A stretch of DNA of 64,000 bases from Felis catus (Eukaryota): NCBI RefSeq assembly GCF_018350175.1, contig NC_058373.1, positions 13,208,001 to 13,272,000 of the forward strand, in the 5' to 3' direction. This document shows positions 36,701 to 49,487 of the stretch, in pieces. The number at the start of each line of letters is the position of its first letter. Within the stretch, counting starts at the first letter, position 1. The position numbers and the translations under genes were made by a program. A model generated the notes under the pieces. The model did not search any database. It saw only the letters and a list, made by a program, of their open reading frames with translations, and had not been told where the DNA came from.

Positions 36701-37188
36701 TTCAATAGTTTTACTAGAACAATGCCTCAGTTTGGACCTTTGTTATCCAGCGTTGTCCACTTTTTCCAAGTAGACGGTGTGCCTATTCAAAATGGAATTT
36801 CAGTCAATATTCAAGGTCTGCTGAGTAAGTACATCGGAGTAGACTTACGGAGTCATAGGGTATGCGCATCAAGCTTTAGTAAATACCCTCAGTTTTCCCA
36901 AGTGGTTGAACCTATCTGCATTTCAACCTGTGCTGTGGGAGAGTTCCGATGGCCCCACCTCCTCCCCAACACTACATATCTCCACCTGGTCCATTCTACC
37001 TCTGGGGATGCCTGCGCAGCGGTATCTCGTGGTTTGAATCTGCATTTCCCTGATGACTAAAGAAGCCGGGCACATCTTCATACCTTTCTTTCACTATTTG
37101 GATACAGCCCTGTCCCCTACCACCCCCCCCCCCCGTGATGTAAGTTACAAATATTCTCCTAAGTTTGTCATCTTTAAACTGTAATTAT

Positions 37189-37924
37189 TGATAAAGTTTT
37201 GGGGTGATGGTGGGGTGGTCCGAAGCTGATGGCCACGAAAGGATTCTTGAAGACGTCTTTGGTGCAACAAAAGGTGATTTTATTAAAGCAGGAAGGGCTG
37301 CACTGGGGTTGTGGCCAGTGGCCAGTTATGAAGGTGGGAAAAGTAAAGTCAAAAGATAGGCCTCCAGAAGGACTTTGATATGTTAAAGAGGACTCCTAAG
37401 CTACTTGAAGCCTTGCTATTGTCAAAGCTAAGGTTGTTCTCCCTCTAGTAAGGCTTTCACATTAGGACGGTAAGGGGTCCCTGGAGAAATGTTCTACTCC
37501 GTATTCGCCTCAAGTATTTGTCGGTGGGCTGCAGGTGATAAGGAAATTTAATTTTACCTGCCATTTTTTTTCTTGCCTTTGTTCCCCATATCGCTGTAGA
37601 GGGGTGATGTTGGGGCTCCGGGAAACCAAGTCTATGGGTTTCTGGAGATTAGGCTATTGATAAGATGCCTTTTTCTTGTAATTTAGGAAGATATTTGTAA
37701 ACTGATAGAGACTCACATCCTTTATGACTGTGGTGTCTATCAGTTAACCATTGGTTTTCTCTCCTTTTTTTCCTTTGTCCTAGGGCAGCCAGGAGTGCCT
37801 GGGGAATATCACACACATCCCATCCCACCCTGGGGGTGGGGGTGGGGTGGGGTTGGGGGTTGGGGGGTTGGGGGGGTTGCTAGCTTGTATTTTTGCCCTC
37901 AGCCTGCCTCATGCTCCCTTATCA
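37189..37924 (-). mobile_element. carnivore ERV solo LTR (736 bp)
   Basis: TGATAA...TTATCA inverted termini with 5-bp TSD ATTAT (37184-37188 and 37925-37929). Minus-strand AATAAA near 37280. No internal genes. Confidence 0.85.
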
Positions 37925-37937
37925 ATTATGATGGCTT

Positions 37938-37941
37938 TTGT

Positions 37942-37972
<31 letters not shown>

Positions 37973-37992
37973 GAAAGAAAAAGAAAAAAAGG
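37938..37992 (+). repeat. (AAAAG)n / A-rich tract
   Basis: Read directly from the sequence. Confidence 0.85.
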
Positions 37993-39584
37993 AAAGTTTT
38001 AGTTTTTATATATATTTTTGCTTTTTACAAATTTATTTGGTGGTTTTGCTCTCTGTAGTTTCAGTCACCTGCGGTCAACCATGGTCCAGAAACAGATGAT
38101 CTTCTTTCTGGTGAATGGTGAGAAAGTCTGTAATAGCCTAAAATTACATCACAGCGTCTGCATTTTTCACCTCCTTTCATTTTATCATCTCACATCATCA
38201 CGAGAAGGATGAGGTACAGCGTAATATGAGATATTGAGAGAGAGAGACCACATTCACATAACTTTTATTGCAGTATGTTGTTATAATTATTCTATTTTAT
38301 TATTAGGCGGTGGTGTTCATCTCTTACTGACCTAATTTATAAATTATCCAAGGTATGTATGGGATAAACGTGATATACATAGGGTTCGGTGCTATCTGAG
38401 GTTTGAGACATCAACTAGGAATCTTAGCGTGTTCCCCTGTGGACAAAGAGAGCCACCTGTAATTCTCCTTTGTGAAGTGTTTATTCAACTTTTTGCCATT
38501 TTTTTTCCTATGTGAATTACCCTGGCTTTCTTTCATTGCATTATAGAACGTCCTTACGCATAATCTGCATATGAATCACCTGTCAGAGATATGGATGGCA
38601 AGCATCTTTCCCATGTTATGACTTGCCTTTTTACTTCTTATGACTTGCCAATGATGTCTTTCAATGAAAAGAAACTCTAAATTTTAACGCAGTGCAATTT
38701 ATTGCTTTTCTACTTGTTTTAGGATGGAGACGTGGGTCAGAATAGCTTCACAGCTATTGTTCTTGCAAAGCGATTAACAAACACGGCTTTGCATTTTGAA
38801 TGCTTTGTATTCTCCTTTGTAACACTGGTGTCTAAACCTTCTGCCTCCTTCACCCTTTTCTCCATGTTGCATTCGATTTCATTTCCAGTCATAGCAGTTT
38901 TTAACTTATGGGGGGGCGAGGGGGGGACTTTGTCCTAAAAGGAAGCTTCGGTCTATTGGTTTTGAGATTTGAGTGTTCATAGTACCGAGATGGCTCCAGC
39001 TCGCTCAGACCTTACCAGGCACTCGCCTAAAAATTGAAATGTGCAAAAGTCCCTGCTAGTCTCAAGGACTGCCATACCTCTGAGTACTTTTTGGAAATTT
39101 GAGTTGAGTTGTTTGGTTCGTTAGGTTTTTTTGTTCTTTTTTTTTTTTTTTTTTATCTCAGATCCATCCGATGTCCCATGCCTCCTTTGCTGATATCATG
39201 TAGGTCTTGAAACTGTCAAGTTTGTCCTCACCCGTTTATATGTTGAAGTTCATGGGGATGTCATGTTACCTACTTTGGGTGACTTCTGTTATAGATAGGA
39301 TTTGGTTATGCTTGCCTTCATGAAATGATTTGGAAAGATTATATATGTGTATAATATATATAGTCTTCATCATCTTCCCTGAATTTCTCTCTCTACAGTT
39401 ATTATCCTCATCGTGCAGAGGGGGAGCCAAGCCCTTAGAGAATCTTGGTCAAAGCCAAATAATGGAAACATGTGGATTAAGAATCAAGCCTATCTCTACG
39501 AACTCTAAGGTTTTAATACCTTGTACTTCTACTTCTGTTTTTACTTCCCCCATTCTATGGCCTACTTATATTATTTATATTATT

Positions 39585-39707
39585 GATTGATTGATTGATC
39601 GATATTTTATTTTTAAGTAATCTCTACTCCCAATGGGGGGCTCAAACTCACAGCCCTGACTGAGATCAAGAATCGCATGTTCTACTGACTAAGCCAGGCA
39701 GGCACTC
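39585..39707 (-). mobile_element. older short Can-SINE
   Basis: taagtaatctctactcccaatggggggctcaaactcaca...gagatcaagaatcgcatgttctactgactaagccag. Confidence 0.85.
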
Positions 39708-40499
39708 TTATTTCTCCTTATTTTCATCTAATTAAAAAAAACAATTCCTGCCTGGCATGTTTCAGAAAGTATATAATATTTTAATAATCTTGTATAAACA
39801 TATAATTTATAAATAAACAAAACTAAATTATTGGAAGCTGTTCAAAATACCTTAACTGCTCAGTATTCACAGAGTTTGTTTTTTTTTTAATGTAAAGATC
39901 TAGTAACTTAATCAGTGTGTATTAAGCTATGTAATAGGAAGTTTGAGTACTTGCTATCATGAAGAAAATAAGAATCCTGACAACAAAGATTCATTTTCAT
40001 CTTCTTTATAATAGCCAGTTGTTATAATGTGAGGAAAGACAATGAAAATACATGAGAAATTATAAACAAGTGTTTTCATATTGTGGATTCTGATGCTGTA
40101 GATATCCAAATTTCGAATGCAACCGAAAATACAAATTACTGGAGTTTCGTATCACATTAGCTGAATTGGGAAAACAACATCTATTTGGAGAGATAAACAT
40201 TTGATGGAAATTGGCGCAACACTACACACCAGGCTATTTTTTTCCCTTCTTTCACTGTTGCTTAAAAGTATAATAAAGAGAAGTACAGTGAGAATGCCTG
40301 GAAGAATAAAGTCTCCCAGAATCATTAAACAACACCAGTTGGATCATAAGCAGAAATATTCAGTGAGGTTTAATTTGGAGGCAGGGTTTCCTTCTCAGGT
40401 CAAAAATGATAGGATGCATTAAAGAGACTCCTTTGTGTTGGTTGCTATGGCTGTTATAATAGATTACCAGAAACTTAGCGTCTTGTTTAGACATATTTG

Positions 40500-40700
40500 G
40501 GGGCACCTGGGTGGCTCACTCGGTTGAGCATCCAACTCTTGATTTCAGCTCACGTCATGATCCCAGGGTCCTGGGATCGAGCCCTGCATCGGGCTCCATG
40601 CTGAGTGTGGAACCTGCTTAAGGTTCTCTCCCTCTCTCCCTCTGCCCCTCTTCCCCACTTGCATTTTCTCTCTCTCTTAAGTTAAAAAAATATAATAAAA
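40500..40700 (+). mobile_element. Can-SINE (older type)
   Basis: Head, ctcttgatttcagctc insertion type, (CT)n and A-tail. Confidence 0.93.
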
Positions 40701-40706
40701 CATTTG

Positions 40707-40932
40707 GGGGCGCCTGGGTGGCTCAGTGGGTTAAGCGTCTGACTTTAGCTCAGGTCACAATCTCACAGTTCATGAGTTCAAGCCCTGCGTCGGGCTCTGT
40801 GCTGACAGCTCAGAGCCTGGAGCCTTCTTCAGATTCTGTGTCTCCCTCTCTCTCTGCCCCTCTCTGGCTCACGCTCTGTCTCTTTCTCTCAAAAATAAAT
40901 AAATGTTAAAAATATATGTATAATAATATTTA
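40707..40932 (+). mobile_element. Can-SINE
   Basis: Full body in tandem with its neighbours. Confidence 0.95.
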
Positions 40933-40947
40933 AAAAAAAGCAAGAAA

Positions 40948-41165
40948 GGGGCGCCTGGGTGGCTCAGTGGGTTAAGCGTCTGATTTTAGCTCAGGTCACA
41001 ATCTCACAGTTCATGAGTTCAAGCCCCGAGTCAGGCTCTGGGCTGATGGCTCAGAGCCTGGAGCCTGCTTTGGATTCTGTGTCTCCCTCTCTCTCTGCCC
41101 CTCCCCCGTTCATGCTCTGTCTCTCTCTGTCTCAAAAATAAATAAACGTTAAAAAATTAAAAAAA
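40948..41165 (+). mobile_element. Can-SINE
   Basis: TSD aaaaaaaagcaaga. Confidence 0.95.
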
Positions 41166-41259
41166 AAAAGCAAGACAAATTTGCCTTATAGTTCTAGAAA
41201 TCAGAAGTCCCAAATGATCTCACTTGGCTAAAACCAAGTTATCAACAGGACTACATTTT

Positions 41260-41467
41260 TTTTTTCAACATTTATTTATTTTTGGGACAGAGAGAGACAG
41301 AGCATGAACAGGGGAGGAGCAGAGAGAGAGGGAGACACAGAATCGGAAACAGGCTCCAGGCTCTGAGCCATCAGCCCAGAGCCCGACGCGGGGCTTGAAC
41401 TCATGGACCGCGAGATCGTGACCTGGCTGAAGTCGGACGCTTAACCGACTGCGCCACCCAGGCGCCC
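41260..41467 (-). mobile_element. Can-SINE, young SINEC_Fc type
   Basis: TSD caggactacatttttttt. Confidence 0.96.
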
Positions 41468-41664
41468 AGGACTACATTTTTTTTAGAAGCTCCAAGGCAG
41501 AATTGGTTTTCTTGCATTTCCCAGCTTCTAGAGGCCACTCCCACACCCTGGCTCCTGACCCCTCCTCTATCTTCAAAGCCAGCAATGTTGTGCAGAGTCC
41601 TTCTCATTCTACCTTCCTCTGTTTTTTTTCCAATTCCCTATTCCACATGCAAGGACTTTAAAAC

Positions 41665-41668
<4 letters not shown>

Positions 41669-41706
<38 letters not shown>
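41669..41706 (+). repeat. (TG)19 microsatellite
   Basis: Read directly from the sequence. Confidence 0.95.
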
Positions 41707-41709
<3 letters not shown>

Positions 41710-41929
41710 TCATATGAACAGCAACCTTGACTCCCCTTTGCCATGTAGCCTAATATAGTCACAGGTCCAGGAATTAGGATGTGGACCTCCATAATGGGTC
41801 ATTATTCTGCCTACCACACTTACTAAGGTTTTCTAACCTAAATTGACAAATTCTGATAGAAGCACATTTCTTTCTTGTTTTTTGAGGGGATTCTGTCATC
41901 CATATTTATTTTCAAAGCAGAGTGTCTTT

Positions 41930-42161
41930 TTCTTTTTTTAATTTTGTTAATGTTTTATTTATTTTTGAGAGAGAGAAAGAGAGAGAGAGAGAGAGCGCGG
42001 GGGAGGGGCAGAGAGACAGAGGGAGGCACAGAATCTGAAGCAGGCTCCAGGCTCTGAGCTGTCAACACAGAGCCGGACGCGGGACTCGGACCCACACACC
42101 ACGAGGTCATGACCCAAGGCCGAAGTTGGTCCCTTAACCGACTGAGCCACCCAGGCACCCC
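41930..42161 (-). mobile_element. Can-SINE
   Basis: TSD caaagcaga. Confidence 0.94.
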
Positions 42162-44430
42162 AAAGCAGAATTTCTTATGCTCGTGTCGATTAAGCCCATG
42201 CCTTCACATGGGCAAGTGCACGCACACATATATACATACACACAGGCCGGCTTTATTTAGATCATTGAAAAAACAATAGTACATGAAAAAAAACCCACAT
42301 CCTATTTATAACGAGAACGTGTCTTAATCGAGTCTTGAATGCAGTGTGGGAGGATATCAAGAGAATCAAACTAAGAATCAGAAAATCGATGTTCTCCACC
42401 CGATTCTGCCCTTTTGTAAACTTTAACGTAAAAGGTTAGTAGTAGCAACACTTGAAAGAGCTGTGTAGACAGTCATGGGCATTTAGTTATCTTAGAGGTA
42501 TTCCCCATCATTAAAACTCCATTAAGGAGGCTCCCAGCCAACTAATGGTCAGGTCCCGAGGTAAAGAACTGAAGGAAGATAATCCTGTTGTAAATTGAAC
42601 CGAGAAGGAAATGCTTTCTTATGGTAAAGCCAGGATGGGAACCAAATAAAAGCCAGAACTCTAAAACTCTAATTCTTGATGTCATGGCTAATACTAACTC
42701 TTGAACTGTTGAGTACGAAGGTGCAGTACGTGGTACCTAAGTTTCTCCACTAGGGTAATAGGATGAGATACTTAGGAATAGCACCCTGCAGACTGGCTTT
42801 GTGCGTGAAACGTGTCCAGTTTTCAAGATCCTGGCATTAGATTAGCCTATTTTGTTGTGCAACAACGCTGCCTCAATGTGCAGCCAAAGCGCATGTTGAA
42901 ACTCGTCATTAGATAGAGTTTCGGCTTCTATTTCCCCAATTTTCGATTTCACACACCCATGTTATGCTTGTCTCCTATCATTTCAGAAAATCCCAAATTG
43001 CCCATCGTAATTGCATAATTCTTTTTGAACACGCTGTCAAAACTAGAGGCTTAAATCTAAAAATTCAAGTCCTTTCAATTGATTGGTTTGGGGAATTTGC
43101 TCGCTGGATTTGGCCCAAGATTGGATTGAAGTCGTTGATTATCTTAATAGTATACTTAAATCTGAACCACACAGCTTCATTAGTTTTGATTCACGCTAGG
43201 AAATGATTATGTCGGAACTGGAAACCGTAAAGCTAGAAATTGTACAATGATAGAAATACCACTTAAGCTGTGAGTGGCAGAGGCAGACTTGAACCTTGCT
43301 GAAACCTCAAGCCAACAACCAGCGGCATTTCTTTTGCCTCCAAATCTCTTTTCTCTTAAAAAATGAGTGAGCTGCACGGAACTCCGTCCGCCAAAGAGAT
43401 ATCAGGTGCACGCATTTGGAAGTGCACGCATGCTTTTCCGCAGACAGACAACAGGTCGGGCTAATGAGAAGTGTTCGCCTGAGGAATTCATCACGTTTTA
43501 ATAGGTTTGTCATCCTGATGTGAGGGATCACGTTAGTCATCATTTCCCACAAAGGTGAATCCCTGCACTGGACAGTGGTTTTGCATTCTAAGGCTTGATG
43601 AGTGAAAATTCCACCGCCGGCGTCTACTCCTGCCCCCTACTATCATTTAGGACATACATCTAGCCGGGCTCAATTTTGCAGAGAATTTTTTTTTTTTTTT
43701 TTAATTTCAAGACCAGGAGAAAAGTTAACTTCTAGCTATGTGAACTGAAGTCAGTTCGTGCCACTGGGTCTTGCTTTTCTGATTTGTCAAATGGGGGCTT
43801 GGTGTGGAGAAAGTCTGGCAATTTCATGCAGATAGAAAGCGATGAGAGAAGAGAGCTAGACCAGCTGTTTAAGCAATTTGGAAAAGCGCGAGGTATTTTC
43901 TCTCATTATTGGAAATGAGACATTTTTGTGTCGGATTAGGATAATCCATACTGTTTAATGTATAGATTTCTATATTGTGAAGTAAGTCCCGGTTACATTT
44001 GAATTTTCTTTTTCTTTAAGCCTAAAGACCACATGCCTTTATTTTTTTGTTCTGTTGATTTTAGTCCGTGTTTCAACTCCTCCGGGTTTGAGCTCAGGAT
44101 GCCAGTGCCCCATGGGCACCCACCTCATTTCCCGCCCACCTGCTACTTCTTCTCTTGGGTCCTATCTACAGCATCCGGGGCCACATGCCCTTCTCTTCCT
44201 TGATTTTCTCTCTGATTATGCTGAAGTATGTCTAGAAACAAACTTCTAAGACAGACTATATAGAAAGTTAAGTATTGGAGCCTTTTACCGTCTCAAAATG
44301 TACTTATTTGGTACTCACTCTTGTCTTAGGTCAAAGGTTCAGTGTTGATTTCACGATACTCCCTTGTTGTAATCTCTGGGAAACTTCTCTGAGTTTCTGT
44401 TTCAATCTTTCAATTAATTGTCTAATTTGA

Positions 44431-44629
44431 GGGGCGCCTGGGTGGCTCAGTCGGTTAAGCAGCCGACTTTAGCTCAGGTCATGATCTTGCGGTCCGTGAG
44501 TTCGAGCCCCGCGTCGGGCTCTGTACTGACAGCTCAGAGCCTGGAGCCTGTTTCAGATTCTGTGTCTCCCTCTCTCTGTCCCTCCCTCGTTCATGCTCTG
44601 TCTCTCTCTGTCTCAAAAATAAATAAACG
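44431..44629 (+). mobile_element. Can-SINE
   Basis: 17-bp TSD ttaattgtctaatttga. Confidence 0.97.
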
Positions 44630-44691
44630 TTAATTGTCTAATTTGACCAATCATAGTTTAAATTTGTTATTTTTCCCATAACATATATTTC

Positions 44692-44762
44692 TGTTGTTGT
44701 TGCTGTTGTCGTTATTGTTATTGTTGTTGTTGTTGTTTTTCTTCCTTTTCTTCTTCTTCTTC
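44692..44762 (+). repeat. (GTT)n then (CTT)n microsatellite
   Basis: Read directly from the sequence. Confidence 0.85.
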
Positions 44763-44814
44763 CTATATTCTCAAATCTGAAGGTAATAGAATGTTTTCTG
44801 TTTTCAGTTTGTGC

Positions 44815-45049
44815 TTTTTTTTAAACTTTATTTATTTTGAGAGAAAATAGACAGATGAGCGGGGGGAGGGGCAGGGAGAGAGGGAGCGAGAGAGGGAGAG
44901 AGAGATTGAGAGAGAATGAGAATCCCAAGCAGGCCCCACGCTGTCAGCACCAAGCCCGATGCAGGGCTCAATCACACGAACCATGAGATGGTGACCTGAG
45001 CGGAAATCAAGAGTCAGATGCTTAACTGACTGGGCCACCCGGGCACCCC
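44815..45049 (-). mobile_element. Can-SINE
   Basis: Antisense body, gaatcccaagcaggc type. Confidence 0.93.
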
Positions 45050-45429
45050 TCTGTTTGTGTTTTTATATGTCGTCCTGAGTCATCTTTTTCTTTCATGTTG
45101 GTTCTTCTTTCACATTACTTTTTTCCTCACAGGCCTGTGGATCCATTGGTGATTTGTTTTATTTTGGACCAAAGAACTCGATTGGCCGTTCTAGGCAAGA
45201 GCTGCAGTTTTCTCTGCTGAAGGACAAGTAGGTCCTTCTCAGGATAAGTCTGCCTTTGGAAGAAGATCTCTGTCTGGGAAGACTGTGCCCACTGGCAGCA
45301 CCGGCTTCCGTTCGGGTAGGTAGCGAGTCTGGTCCAGCCGATGGGTCCTTCCAAATGCTGGAGTAAGAAAGACTTTGTTCTGAGCTTGCCGTCACCGCGC
45401 TCTGAATGTTGATGTTACTAACAGATGAC

Positions 45430-45660
45430 ACTTAGGCTGTTCTAAGTATTTCAAATACTTAGAATAATTATTTAATTATTTAATTATTTAATTATTTAAT
45501 TCTCAAAACAACTATGTGAGGTAGTGCAATAATTATCCCCCGTCTTACAGATGAAGACAATGAAGCACAGAGAGTTAAGGAAATCGTTCAAGGTCGTAAG
45601 GAATAGACCTGAGCTTTAAATCCAGCCAGGCTGGCTCTGGAGCCTGTGCCCCTTGACTGT
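45430..45660 (-). mobile_element. MIR with internal (TAATTATT)n expansion
   Basis: attatccccc-gtcttacagatgaagacaatgaagcacagagagttaag core. An 8-bp unit is repeated at 45464-45501. Confidence 0.8.
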
Positions 45661-47341
45661 TACATCTCCTGTCTTAAGAAAAATCCGTTGGTATTCTCAC
45701 AAGAAGAAATCTTGAGTTTTATGGGTCAAGACCATGCTGGCTTGCTGCGAATCCCCCTTCTCCCAGAACCTCTTCTCCTTCATGCCCCTTTGACACCTTG
45801 CCAACTTAAAGCTGAGCTTTCTGAGTATCGCCAAGGGCGAAATCTCTCCCTTCTCCAATCCACCTGTGTGGGGACGCCATTGGTGCCATCTCCTATTGGC
45901 ATCACCTCTACCCTGCTCTCAGCATGTTCCATTCACCCCCACACTGTTCCCTAGCTCTCGTCTGTGATGCCTCCTCCACTCTCTCAGCTCTTTTGCGTTT
46001 ATTCTCTCTTGCACGATGCTCTAATTTTATTAGCTTCCCGCTAAAGACGAGCCATCCCACCACGTTCAGTTAACCAGGTTTGATGAAACCAACTTAAACC
46101 CAACGTTTGGCCCTTACTTACATATTTATCCGTTCACATGATTTAAAAACAACCTGTGTCAATTAACACCACGACATTATTATTCTAAACTAGTAATTAG
46201 CGTTGATTAACCCGTGCTAGTCTAGTGATAAAGACAGGAATGTAGTTTATTGTTTCCAATACACCTAGACTTCAAGATGTGCTTTGATACATCTAGAAGC
46301 CTAGGCATAATAACACGTCTGAAGACACTTGTAATTTTATTCGGAAAGGGTCATACTGTAAAATCGTATTCAATTTCGACTCGTTCCTTCCATAATTTTT
46401 GAATACCGACTGTGGACCCAAACACTGCGCGAGTCTTAGGATCTCACACGGGAGAAATTCTCTGCCTTTTAAAGCCCCATAATTTGTTGTCACAAAGCTT
46501 CATGATAGGTCTATTTCTCAGGTGTTAGAGAGAAGTTCTACAAATATAATAAAAGCTAATATTTTAAAGTTTAAACTTTCTTATTATTACTTAAAAATGA
46601 ACCAGTGAAGTCAGTCCTTAGACATTTCAAGTCACTGAGTATTATTTTCTCCTAAGAGGGAAGGATCAGTAGAACCGTAGCCAGAAACTTTACTGAAAGT
46701 CAATGCCACCTCTTTGCACTTATCAGGGCCAATCTTGCTCTGCATATTTTTGTGGTATTCGCCATGCATTGTTAACGGTGATTGTCATGTAATTAAATCA
46801 CTGCTCATCACAAGAGCCTGTTTTTATGCTGAGATAAGCATCCAAAGCCTGCTGCAGGACCCCCAGATCAATAAAGATGTTCCCAGTAGGATTACAAAGA
46901 GGCTGGGGTTGAGCAGGGCAGCAGAATTAATTAGGAATGATTTCTCTTTTTCTTTCTACTTTCAATATATTTTTTAATTGTTTTTCCATGTTCAATGGAC
47001 TATGCCCCCCTCTTTTTTTTTTTTTTAATTCTACACTGATGCTCAGACACTTCTGTCCTGAGATCTGTGAAGGCTGAGCTCTTAATCTTTCTCACTTTTG
47101 AGTCATATCCGCAACTGACTTTAGTTTCACTTATCTCTGAGTTTCATCGTTTGGAAAGAGACTTTGGAAGAGAGTTGGCCATCCAGTTTCAGAAAGCTCT
47201 TTGAACATTACAGTACAAGCTTTGAACTGCAGGTGGATTTCTTGTTTTAGTTGGCATGCTCTTGAGAAAATGTGACATCAAGTTTTTAGAAGTATTAGTG
47301 TATTCTACAATGAGACACAACTCAAATCAAATGTGAATTTT

Positions 47342-47562
47342 GTTTATTTTTAATTTTTAAAAAAATCTTTATTTATTTTTGAGACAGAGACAGCGTGTGA
47401 GCAGGGGAGGAGCAGAGAGAGGGGGAGACACAGAATTCAAAGCAGGCTCCAGACCCTGGGCTGTCGGCACAGAGCCTGACACGGGGCTGGAACTCACGAA
47501 CCGCGAGATCATGACCTGAACCGAAGTCGGACACTCAGCCGACTGAGCCACCCGGGCGCCCC
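47342..47562 (-). mobile_element. Can-SINE
   Basis: TSD tcaaatgtgaatttt. Confidence 0.96.
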
Positions 47563-48355
47563 TCAAATGTGAATTTTTTAAAAAAAGAAAACTCCCTGGT
47601 CTTCCATTCGCTGCGTGGGACACCTCCTTGGCGAGTGACATGTGAAAGTACCAGGAACGTGAAGGCTTATTATTTTTTTTTTTTTTTTAGACGGGAAATG
47701 TCGTCTTCTAGCAATAGGTATGTCCCAGTGCAGACGGGGATGCCGTAACAGTGAGAGCTCCTGTATTCCTAATTTCAAGGATTATTAAAATTCCTGGCTG
47801 CAGCAAGGGAGACCAGAAAATCAGCAACGCCGCAGCTGCAGGAGGTAGGATTAGTGGGGAAAGAGAGGCGATGGTTTCCAAAGGGTGAAAGGTGATGGGA
47901 ATATTTCCAGGAACTGAGAAATCTATTACACAGAAGAGGAGAAAAGAAGGAAATAATCAGATATTTCAGAACACGGGAGAGAAAGTGATCAATTAATGGT
48001 GACCCCCCAATGCCCTGATGCTAAGATTCTATTGTCAGGTGGACATGGTCACAGATGGGCCTTGACAGAGCAATAGATGGGTCGAGTGGGGACTTTGATG
48101 CTTCTTATATATCCTCTGGTCTTCAATAATTAAATCATGCGTACATTCTTCCAATCAACCCACACTGAGTGCCCACTCGCAGGGGTTGATAGCATTTAAG
48201 GGGGCTATAGCACCCCCTTTGCCATCTGAGGTCAGACCAAGGGATAGATGCAGGAGTCAAACAAATGGAGGTGAAAATGTTTTTGTATTACTGCTGCTGA
48301 ACAATTGAGGCTAAGTTTCTGAATACTGAACCCCAGAATTAAATAGTCAGACCCA

Positions 48356-48553
48356 GGGGCGCCCGGGTGGCTCAGTCGGTTGAGCGTCCGACTTCGGCTC
48401 AGGTCACGATCTCGCGGTTCATGGGTTCGAGCCCCGCGTCGGGCTCTGTGCTGACAGCTCGGAGCCTGGAGCCTGCTTCTGGTTCTGTGTCTCCCTCTCT
48501 GCTCCTCCCCTGTTCACACGCTGTCTCTCTCTCAAAAATAGATAAAGATTAAA
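48356..48553 (+). mobile_element. Can-SINE
   Basis: CpG-rich head and short tail. No clear TSD. Confidence 0.94.
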
Positions 48554-48893
48554 AGAGTGTTGGATGCCAGAGCCCTCCCCACATGGGGGTATTGTCTGAT
48601 CCTGTAAGACTCAGGGCAGAAAGGAACAGAGCCAAAGGCCCACTCGGTGTAGACAGGCAGATCCCAAAGAGAAAGAGGAAGTAGATCCGAGTGGCTAGAT
48701 CTCCTTCTTCCTCCCTGGGGAGGCATGTTGATAAAGGTGCTGGAGGGAAGTCAGGAGGGTTACTCCAACAGAGCTCTCCTCAGGGCAGTCTCTTGAATAG
48801 TGGACTGGGGCAAAGGAGCATTCCCATTGACTAGGCCAGACACACACCTAGATACCTGTCAGGCCGGAACCGGATATATAGTTCATGCCTTCT

Positions 48894-49110
48894 TAAAATT
48901 TTTTTTTCAACGTTTATTTATTTTTGGGACAGAGAGAGACAGAGCATGAACGGGGGAGGGGCAGAGAGAGAGGGAGACACAGACTCGGAAACAGGCTCCA
49001 GGCTCCGAGCCATCAGCCCAGAGCCCGACGCGGGGCTCGAACTCCCGGACCGCGAGATCGTGACCTGGCTGAAGTCGGACGCTTAACCGACTGCACCACC
49101 CAGGCGCCCC
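48894..49110 (-). mobile_element. Can-SINE, young SINEC_Fc type
   Basis: TSD atagttcatgccttct. Confidence 0.97.
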
Positions 49111-49254
49111 AATAGTTCATGCCTTCTAAGAGCTTTCTGTCCAGTATGGCGAAAGGAGCAGTGCGCAAACAATAGTAACACATGTGAGCATTTTTCTTTT
49201 CCAACACGCAGGGCGTGTTGGACAACGTGGACAATAGCTGGCCCCAACCTAGCT

Positions 49255-49487
49255 TTTATTTATTTATTTAAAAAAATTTTTTTTAACGTTTATTTATTTT
49301 TGAGACACAGAGAGACAGAGCATGAACGGGGGAGGGTCAGAGAGAGAGGGAGACACAGAATCTGAAACAGGCTCCAGGCTCTGAGCTGTCAGCACAAAGC
49401 CCGACGCGGGGCTTGAACTCACGAACCGCGAGATCATGACCTGAGCCGAAGTCGGACGCTTAACCGACTGAGCCACCCAGGCGCCCC
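49255..49487 (-). mobile_element. Can-SINE
   Basis: TSD ccaacctagct. Confidence 0.96.

Larger units (their letters stand above)
37103..38461. mobile_element. MER44-like (Tigger7) MITE, interrupted
   Basis: Start TAcagccctgtcccc. Body 38040-38461 with gagagagagaccacattcacataacttttattgcag and agggttcggtgctatctgaggtttg. Ends ccacctgTA (TA target site). Confidence 0.8.
36780..38720 (-). mobile_element. old L1 3' region split by a MER44 insertion
   Basis: gtatctcgtggtttgaatctgcatttccctgatgactaa...atttggaTA, resuming at 38462 ttctcctttgtgaagtg. Confidence 0.7.
40435..41818 (-). mobile_element. MLT1 (MaLR) LTR carrying four SINEs and a (TG)n
   Basis: ggctgttataatagattaccagaaacttag...agttctagaaatcagaagtcc...ccagcttctagaggcc...ttattctgcctaccaca. 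Confidence 0.8.
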
